From: Fibrobacteria bacterium
Lineage (GTDB): Bacteria; Fibrobacterota; Fibrobacteria; UBA11236; JADFYW01
Assembly: GCA_050294405.1 (NCBI GenBank)
Contig: JBNKOC010000012.1
Location: 512,001-576,000, forward strand
Length of the DNA stretch: 64,000 nt
Reading direction: 5' to 3'
The notes beneath the pieces are model-generated. The model was given only the letters and a program-made list of their open reading frames with translations, did not search any database and was not told the DNA's origin. Positions within the stretch are counted from its first letter, which is position 1. Each line of letters begins with the position of its first letter. Both the position numbers and the translations under genes were made by a program. Shown here one piece after another: positions 57,103 through 64,000 of this stretch.

Positions 57103-58692
57103 TTGAAAGATACTACAGTACATCAAACCCGAACTTTACAAGCGCTTATGGACATCAGCCGATACATTAGCGCTTCTCTTGATTATCTGGACATAGCCAG
57201 AAAATGTTTGCTTTCTTTAAGTGAAAACTTGGATTTGGAGCATTGCGCCTTGTTGGTTCCCGATAAAGAAAAGCAACATTTAACTATTCAGCTTGGAGTG
57301 GGTTGGGATTCTGCGGAAAGTAATAATTTTAAGCGGCCTTTACGGGGAAGCCCTCTGGGCCAGGTTTATAATTCCGGGATGCCCATTGCTACGCCTTCTG
57401 TGGAGGATATTCCCGGATTATTTGTGCCCTCCAAATTGAAAAACCAAGGGGAGTTGGTAGGGTTTTTGGCTGTTCCCTTGTTAGTGAATCACATTCCCAT
57501 TGCTGTTTTAATGGCTTATAGAGTATCTCACCGCACCATGCTGGATGAGGATATGAATGTGATGAAAATTGTGGCTTCAATTTTAAGTCAAACCATGAAA
57601 TTGGCAGAATATGTGGAGGCTACCAACAAACGCCTTCAAACAGAAAATGATCAACTTCATGCCCAGTTAGAAGACAGGTTTCAGGTTGACAATTTGGTAA
57701 GCAGCTCAGGAAATATGGCAAAAACCCTCGATCTGGTAAAAAGGGTTTCAACCACAGATGCCACTGTGCTATTGAGAGGAGAAAGCGGAACGGGTAAAAC
57801 ATTAATTGCCCAGGGAATTCATTTTTCCAGTTTGCGTAAAAAAGGTCCTCTGGTCATTGTAAACTGCGCTGCCATACCTCAAAATCTCATTGAAAGTGAA
57901 CTTTTTGGCCATGAAAAAGGGGCTTTTACCAGTGCTATTTCAAGAAGAATCGGAAAATTTGAAGCTGCCGAAGGTGGCACTTTGTTTTTAGATGAAATTG
58001 GAGAGCTTTCGCTGGAAACCCAGGCTAAATTATTAAGGGTTATCCAGGATGGGGCTTATGAAAAAGTGGGTTCCAATAAAACACAGATTGCTAACGCCCG
58101 GATTATTTGCGCCACAAATATGAATCTGGAACAAGCTATTCACGAAAAGAAATTTCGCGAAGATCTTTATTATCGCCTTATGGTAGTGCCAATTTATATT
58201 CCTTCCCTTCGCAGTCGAAAAGAAGATATTTTGCCTTTGACTTCTCATTTTTTGAAGTATTACAACAGTAAATACAATAAAAATGTGGTTATTAGCCGCG
58301 AAGGCCTGTCTTTTTTAGAAGGTTATGATTGGTCGGGTAATGTGCGGGAGTTGCAGCATACTCTGGAACGTACAGTGATTTTGTCCAATAGTGACGAGCC
58401 CATAACCGATATTCCCATCCTGAACCCCATGGGTTCCCCGGAGCGTCGGTTTATTACGGAAATTGTTCCAGAGCAAAACCCCGGATTGCCTTCTCCAGGT
58501 TCGGATGGTAAACCCATGAACGACAGGGCGCTTTACGAAAGAGTTCCTTTAAGAGAATCTCAGATTATCACTGCTTTGGAAGAATCTGTAGGGATTCAAA
58601 CCGTTGCGGCAAAAAAATTGGGAATTTCCCTAAGGCAATTGCGATATGCTATCAAGAAGTACAATCTTAATGTGAAAGATTTTAAATACTAA
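57103..58692 (+). CDS. GAF-domain sigma54-dependent activator (NifA-like architecture)
   Basis: N-terminal [52 protein letters not shown]-terminal [17 protein letters not shown]. Confidence 0.9.
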   Translation: MKDTTVHQTRTLQALMDISRYISASLDYLDIARKCLLSLSENLDLEHCALLVPDKEKQHLTIQLGVGWDSAESNNFKRPLRGSPLGQVYNSGMPIATPSVEDIPGLFVPSKLKNQGELVGFLAVPLLVNHIPIAVLMAYRVSHRTMLDEDMNVMKIVASILSQTMKLAEYVEATNKRLQTENDQLHAQLEDRFQVDNLVSSSGNMAKTLDLVKRVSTTDATVLLRGESGTGKTLIAQGIHFSSLRKKGPLVIVNCAAIPQNLIESELFGHEKGAFTSAISRRIGKFEAAEGGTLFLDEIGELSLETQAKLLRVIQDGAYEKVGSNKTQIANARIICATNMNLEQAIHEKKFREDLYYRLMVVPIYIPSLRSRKEDILPLTSHFLKYYNSKYNKNVVISREGLSFLEGYDWSGNVRELQHTLERTVILSNSDEPITDIPILNPMGSPERRFITEIVPEQNPGLPSPGSDGKPMNDRALYERVPLRESQIITALEESVGIQTVAAKKLGISLRQLRYAIKKYNLNVKDFKY

Positions 58693-58829
58693 TTCCATAT
58701 TTGTTGTTATTTTGTTAAATTATGTCTTTTATTGTTAAAATTAAGTCCATTTCTCTTGCTAATTTGCATAGGGACTGGCAATTTATTTATAAAATCAACG
58801 ATTTTTGTGAAAAAAAGGCTTTATAAAAC

Positions 58830-58845
58830 TTGGCATGAACATTGA
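58830..58845 (+). promoter_or_regulatory. candidate sigma54 -24/-12 promoter for the PII gene
   Basis: TTGGCATGAACATTGA versus consensus YTGGCACG-N4-TTGC; correct spacing, with GA instead of GC at -12. Confidence 0.6.
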
Positions 58846-58911
58846 TGTAATAAATACTATCAGTTTTTTTAACACAAAAAATTGAAATATGAATAATTTT
58901 GTACCACTTAA

Positions 58912-59301
<390 letters not shown>

Positions 59302-59321
59302 TTTCCCCTGGTATTTTTTAT

Positions 59322-59353
59322 AAAAAGGATCTTAACATAAGATCCTTTTTTTT
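59322..59353. terminator. bidirectional intrinsic terminator
   Basis: AAAAAGGATCTTA-ACA-TAAGATCCTTTTTTTT. Confidence 0.88.
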
Positions 59354-59376
59354 CAGGTTCAGGTTGGCTTTTTCAA

Positions 59377-59934
59377 TTACCCTTGGGAAAGCCGCTCCCT
59401 GTAGAGGTAACCCGTTTTTAAATGAAAGGCCAAGCGGCTGCGCACTAACTTAAAAAATTCCAAATAAGGGGTGCTTTGATAATCCCGATAAGTCCAGTAA
59501 AAAGCTTTAAACTCACCGGCTTCATAATAAAGGGTTGGTTCTACAAATATTCCCTGCCCCAGGTAAACCCTGTGGCGCTGGTCCTTGGTGGTGGCCAAGA
59601 AAAATTGTCCCAGGGTCATGTATCCTGGATCAAGATTAAAATTTCTAAGGCCGCCTATGGAATCTTGAAGCTCCCATTCGTTGCAAAGCCTTTTTATTTC
59701 AACAATCTTTTCTCTATCCATTAAATTTTCAAATGCTAAAATGGCTCGAAATGGTTTTTCTCCCAGCTCTTTTTCATAGTAGTTGGTCCACACAAAGGGA
59801 ATGGGCAAAAGCTCTTCTTCAATGGCGCCGAATTCTTTTTCCAGCATGGTCCGAAGCGGGATATACTGGTTTTTATCTTTTAGTAAGATGGGAATCAGTA
59901 ACTTAACTTTTTTTGGCTGTTTGTATTCGCCCAT
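59377..59934 (-). CDS. DUF4416-family protein
   Basis: TNYYEKELG, IKRLCNEWE, RNFNLDPGY...LATTK...HRVYLGQGIF, WTYRDY. Confidence 0.8.
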   Translation of the reverse strand: MGEYKQPKKVKLLIPILLKDKNQYIPLRTMLEKEFGAIEEELLPIPFVWTNYYEKELGEKPFRAILAFENLMDREKIVEIKRLCNEWELQDSIGGLRNFNLDPGYMTLGQFFLATTKDQRHRVYLGQGIFVEPTLYYEAGEFKAFYWTYRDYQSTPYLEFFKLVRSRLAFHLKTGYLYRERLSQG

Positions 59935-60064
59935 ATGTATTCAAAAAACAAATTATATTCAGGAGAAATAGAATTTAATATTTTAAAAATTTCCCCCTTT
60001 ATTAAAAATCATGTATTATTAATAAATAATCTTTCCATTTGATTTATGAACAGGTAAAATATTT

Positions 60065-60409
60065 TTGGAAAATTTAAAAATCACATTTGACGAAAAAGAA
60101 GACCATGTGGTTTGTACCATGTCTGGGGATATATCCTTTGATACCGTTGACGCATTACGTAAACAATTTTCAGAAATCCGCAGTTTAGGCCCTTCCACTC
60201 TTTATTTGAATTTGGGGCAGCTCAATGTATTGGGTAGTGCCGGGCTTGGAGAAATGGCTCGTCTTATTTTATGGTGCGAATCTAACGATTGTGAAGTACG
60301 TTTGGTATGCCAAAGCCGCCATATTCTGGAGGTGATTGAAATTGCCGGCCTCACAAAATACGCTCCTGCCTATCCTGACTTGGAAAGCGCCTACAAGGCC
60401 AAAAAATAA
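60065..60409 (+). CDS. STAS-domain anti-sigma-factor antagonist
   Basis: SGDISF, LNLGQLNVLGSAGLG (phosphorylatable Ser), EVIEIAGL. Confidence 0.8.
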   Translation: MENLKITFDEKEDHVVCTMSGDISFDTVDALRKQFSEIRSLGPSTLYLNLGQLNVLGSAGLGEMARLILWCESNDCEVRLVCQSRHILEVIEIAGLTKYAPAYPDLESAYKAKK

Positions 60410-60417
60410 CCCTTTTT

Positions 60418-61179
60418 ATGCCTTCTCTTTCCCAATTAAGCCAATATTTGGATGATTTATACCAACCCCAGGATTTTGAGGATTATATTGAATCGGGCCT
60501 TTTAATAGAGGCCAACAGCCAAATATCAAAAGGAGGCACCGCTGTTAGTTTTACCTTGGAAACTGTAAAAAAAGCAGTGGAATCCAAGCTGGATTTTTTG
60601 GTGGTGCACCACGCCCACGGGTTTTGGAATAACGCTTCCCGAAGAATTAGCGGGGGGTTCGGAGAAAAGGTTTCTCTTTGCCTTTCCAATGGAATAAATC
60701 TTTTCGGCTATCATTTGCCAATGGATGCTCAAATTGAAATTGGCAATAATATGGGCATTCTTAAGGCTTTAGAATTAGAAAAAAAGCAAGAATTTATTAA
60801 GGCCGGTAGACGCAGTATTGCCTATGTGGGACAACTAAAAGAGGCTATATCCTATGCCAAATTTTTGGAAAAAGTCCATTTGGCCATAGGTCCCAGCAAT
60901 TTTGATTTTAAAGTTGGGGCAGATTTTATTAAATCTGTAGCCGTGTGTTCCGGGGGTGCGGCCAGCTCAATTCGAGAGGCAAAACAAACGGGTGCAGATT
61001 TATATCTCACCGGAGAAGCCAAGGAAGATACATACAATTTCTGCCAGGATGAAAAATTCAATTTCATTGCGGCAGGCCATTATCAAACCGAGGTTTTCGG
61101 GCCTAAATTATTAGCCGGAAAACTCGCTGGAGATTTTAAAATTCCCGTGGAATTTATCCACGATAAAAATCCGGTTTAA
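60418..61179 (+). CDS. Nif3-like dinuclear metal-centre protein (YbgI/DUF34)
   Basis: FEDY...GLLIE, VVHH, YHLPMDA...GNN, VCSGGA, LTGE, AGHYQTE. Confidence 0.9.
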   Translation: MPSLSQLSQYLDDLYQPQDFEDYIESGLLIEANSQISKGGTAVSFTLETVKKAVESKLDFLVVHHAHGFWNNASRRISGGFGEKVSLCLSNGINLFGYHLPMDAQIEIGNNMGILKALELEKKQEFIKAGRRSIAYVGQLKEAISYAKFLEKVHLAIGPSNFDFKVGADFIKSVAVCSGGAASSIREAKQTGADLYLTGEAKEDTYNFCQDEKFNFIAAGHYQTEVFGPKLLAGKLAGDFKIPVEFIHDKNPV

Positions 61180-61192
61180 GTAAATCGGGTAT

Positions 61193-62335
61193 TTGAAAAG
61201 GACTTGGTGGAGCTTGCATAACGAAGAAAAAATAAAGGCTAGAAAGGCTCTTTTGGACAATGCGAGTAATATTGCCAGCAAATCTATTTTGATTGGCTTT
61301 GATGGCTTTGTGGATGAAATTATCCATGTTGTGGATACCCGCGAATCCAAAGACAATTTTTCCCGGGTTCAAACTATTGAAAGCCTTGGCAAACGTCTTT
61401 TATCTGCTGCCGGAAAGTCTGCTAACATAGAGCTTTTTCCCAAGTCCCAAAAAGTGGGAGGTAACGGGCCCTTAATGTCCATGGCCGCTTCGGGCGCTGG
61501 TTGCAAGGTCACTACCATTGGCGTATTAGGTTATCCGCAAATACAACCCGTATTTCAACCTCTTGCGGATGTATGCGATGTGATTTCCATTGGCGTGCCA
61601 GGCCATACAGACGCTCTGGAATTCGCCGACGGAAAAATAATGTTGGGTAAAGTGGTGAGCCTTAATGATGTATGTTGGGATAGAATTTGCGAAGTTGTGG
61701 GAGAAGAAAAATTTTTGGATTTATTATTCAAACAAAACATGGTGGCCATTACCAATTGGACAATGTTATTGAATTTGGGAGAAATAATCGAAAAAATTAC
61801 CGAGAAAATCACTCAAAAAAATCCTCCTATATTTTTCTTTGATTTCGCAGATCCCGAAAAACGCCTTAAATCCGAAATTAAAATCGCCCTGTCTCAGTTG
61901 AAAAAAATGAATGAAAAGGCCCCGGTTATTTTGGGTGTGAATTTAAGAGAAGCCGAGCAAATGAGTGAGGTTTTAGGACTTAGGGATCCCATTGTAGATG
62001 GAGTGGCTGGGCTTGAAAAGCTCTCTCAAAGACTAAAAGAAGCTATGGGAATTCACGGCGTGGTTGTGCATTCCGTCTCTTTTGCAGGCGCTTGCGTGGG
62101 CGATGAAAATACCGCAGTTGAAGGTCCTTTTTGCCAAAACCCCCTTATTACTACAGGTGCAGGAGATCATTTTAATGGAGGCTTTTGCGCTGCTCTTATT
62201 TCCGGCATCGACTTAAAATCTGTATTGTACACAGGGGTGGCCACCTCCGGATGGTACGTGCGCAATGGAGGGCCCAGTCCCAGTCTTGAAAATACCGCCG
62301 AACTGCTTTTGCAGTGGAGCGAGAACGCAATCTAA
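61193..62335 (+). CDS. PfkB-family carbohydrate kinase
   Basis: GFDGFVDEI, KVGGNGPLM, TTGAGDHFNGGF. Confidence 0.8.
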   Translation: MKRTWWSLHNEEKIKARKALLDNASNIASKSILIGFDGFVDEIIHVVDTRESKDNFSRVQTIESLGKRLLSAAGKSANIELFPKSQKVGGNGPLMSMAASGAGCKVTTIGVLGYPQIQPVFQPLADVCDVISIGVPGHTDALEFADGKIMLGKVVSLNDVCWDRICEVVGEEKFLDLLFKQNMVAITNWTMLLNLGEIIEKITEKITQKNPPIFFFDFADPEKRLKSEIKIALSQLKKMNEKAPVILGVNLREAEQMSEVLGLRDPIVDGVAGLEKLSQRLKEAMGIHGVVVHSVSFAGACVGDENTAVEGPFCQNPLITTGAGDHFNGGFCAALISGIDLKSVLYTGVATSGWYVRNGGPSPSLENTAELLLQWSENAI

Positions 62336-62472
62336 TTTCCCAAAGGTCCAATTTTAGCCTAAACTCTTGAAATTCAAGAGGTTAATGGGGTATTATCAAA
62401 ATCCCTGATGGAATTACATGCCTTAAATTTTGGTTATGAAGCCAGCTTCCAATTGGCAATGGGGGTGAATAT

Positions 62473-64000
62473 ATGAACCCTTTAGATTGGTTAATAGTGA
62501 TATGCTATTTGGCTGGTATGATAGCGCTAAGTTTTTATCTGGCCCGGGGACAAAAAAATATCAAGGACTATTACCTCGCGGGCAACACCACAAAATGGTG
62601 GCAAATTTCACTATCCACCATGGCCACCCAATGCAGTACCAATAGTCTTTTAGGGGCACCGGCCTTTGTTGGCTTTGCGGCTCTGGGAGGGTTGGTTTGG
62701 CTCCAGTATGAGTTAGCTGTGCCCTTGGCCATGATTTTTATCATGATATTTTTATTTCCCTTTTACAGGAAGGCCGGGGTAGTCAGTATTTACGAGTACC
62801 TTGAGCTTCGCTTTGGACCTGCCACCAGAACAGTGCTTAGTTTATTGTTTCAATTCCTACGGGCTTTCTCTACTGGAATCACTGTGTATGGAATTTCCCT
62901 GGTTATTTCAGAGGTTATTTCCCAACCCATATGGATTAGTGTGGGCCTTATTTTTGTAGTGACCATTATTTACGATTCCATTGGGGGTATGAAGGGTGTC
63001 ATTATCTCAGATGTGATTCAGATGTTTGTATTGGTAATTGGAATAATCATTATTGGAGTTTACGCCATAATGGATGTGGGAGGCTTCGGGGAAATTTTAA
63101 AAAATGTGGATCCTTCCAGATTAAAAGCCATTGACTTTTCCAAACACGGTTTCGGAGATGGCGGAAAGTTTTCGTTTTGGCCCATGTTATTGGGAGGGTT
63201 TTTTCTGTATGTATCCTATTACGGCTGCGATCAAACCCAGGTGCAAAGGGAACTTTCTTCCCGCAGCATAGATGATTCCAGGCGTTCGCTTTTTCTCAAT
63301 GGAATTTTACGTTTTCCGCTGGTTTTGATGTATTGTTTTTTGGGGATTGGAATAGCTGCCTTTGCCGCTAAAAACCCTGAATTTATAGGCAGTATTCCCG
63401 TGGAAAATGGAGTGGCTAACCATAACATGGTGGTTCCTGCTTTTGTATTTCAATATTTGCCTCACGGGATAATCGGACTAATCGTTGTGGCTCTTTTTTC
63501 GGCAGCCATGTCCAGTTTGGATTCCACTATAAATTCTCTGAGCGCCACCACCATGAAGGATTTTTACCAAAGATTTATAAACCCCAACTTAAGCCCTGCC
63601 GAAGAATTAAAGTGGTCTAAATACACCACCTTTTTTTGGGGATTGTTTTGCACAGTATGTGTTTACTTCGTGAGTTCGGGAGAATCTATTATTGCCCAGA
63701 TAAACAAAATAGGTTCTCTTATCAATGGTCCCATATTGGGGACTTTTTTATTGGCCATATTTACCAAGCGGGCTGTGGATAAAGGGGTTGTACTGGGTAT
63801 TCTGGCGGGTTTTTTGACCAACTTGTTATTGATGAACCTTGCTCCCGGAATTTCTTTTTTCTGGTGGAATCCAATTGGTTTTGCTATGACCTTTGGTGTT
63901 GGGTATTTAACAAGCCTGATGTTTTCTGCTCCAGAGGAAGAAAAACTAAATGGCCTTACTTTGGATAAAAGCACTATTCACATAGCACTGGGGGATAGGC
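62473..64000 (+). CDS. sodium:solute symporter (SSS family), 3' end runs off the window
   Basis: Manual translation from ATG 62473: MNPLDWLIVICYLAG...DYYLAG...LSTMATQCSTNSLLGAP, SIYEYLELRFG, GGMKGVIISDVIQ, DQTQVQREL, AAMSSLDSTINSL; frame open at the window end. Confidence 0.92.
   Translation, partial: MNPLDWLIVICYLAGMIALSFYLARGQKNIKDYYLAGNTTKWWQISLSTMATQCSTNSLLGAPAFVGFAALGGLVWLQYELAVPLAMIFIMIFLFPFYRKAGVVSIYEYLELRFGPATRTVLSLLFQFLRAFSTGITVYGISLVISEVISQPIWISVGLIFVVTIIYDSIGGMKGVIISDVIQMFVLVIGIIIIGVYAIMDVGGFGEILKNVDPSRLKAIDFSKHGFGDGGKFSFWPMLLGGFFLYVSYYGCDQTQVQRELSSRSIDDSRRSLFLNGILRFPLVLMYCFLGIGIAAFAAKNPEFIGSIPVENGVANHNMVVPAFVFQYLPHGIIGLIVVALFSAAMSSLDSTINSLSATTMKDFYQRFINPNLSPAEELKWSKYTTFFWGLFCTVCVYFVSSGESIIAQINKIGSLINGPILGTFLLAIFTKRAVDKGVVLGILAGFLTNLLLMNLAPGISFFWWNPIGFAMTFGVGYLTSLMFSAPEEEKLNGLTLDKSTIHIALGDR

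Overview
Mostly core chromosome of a Gram-negative bacterium with roughly 40% GC. It is probably FCB group and most likely Fibrobacterota; this is inferred from the T9SS-like C-terminal domains, GH8/GH10 architecture, group II GGGP synthase and spdEFG1-type EF-G. Housekeeping content: recO, panB, lnt, rsmI, adk, hldD, ugd, alaS, dnaG-rpoD, rel/spoT, fusA, murB, pepA, PII, tRNA-Arg(CCG) and tRNA-fMet. Features worth a second look: (1) a divergent pilMNOP-like operon ending in a PilB/GspE-family protein with eroded catalytic motifs and an N-terminal pseudo-receiver; (2) a Csd6/Pgp2-like L,D-peptidase next to a 729-aa coiled coil built on a strict 31-residue period; (3) a SRAP/YedK homologue with Cys2->Ser and no catalytic His; (4) a His/Cys-rich CruR/DUF2946-like leader ORF plus hairpin ahead of a putative metal-uptake lipoprotein and beta-barrel; (5) three copies or remnants of one MITE, each supplying the stop codon of a host gene; (6) a PorU-like C25 protease and four secreted proteins with T9SS-like tails; (7) a perfect 15-bp palindrome, probably a Zur box, ahead of a ZIP-zur operon; (8) a NifA-like activator and sigma54 promoter upstream of a lone PII gene; (9) a probable island boundary at tRNA-Arg. 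No CRISPR array, rRNA, transposase or integrase was found. All family assignments come from reading motifs by eye; no database searches were run.
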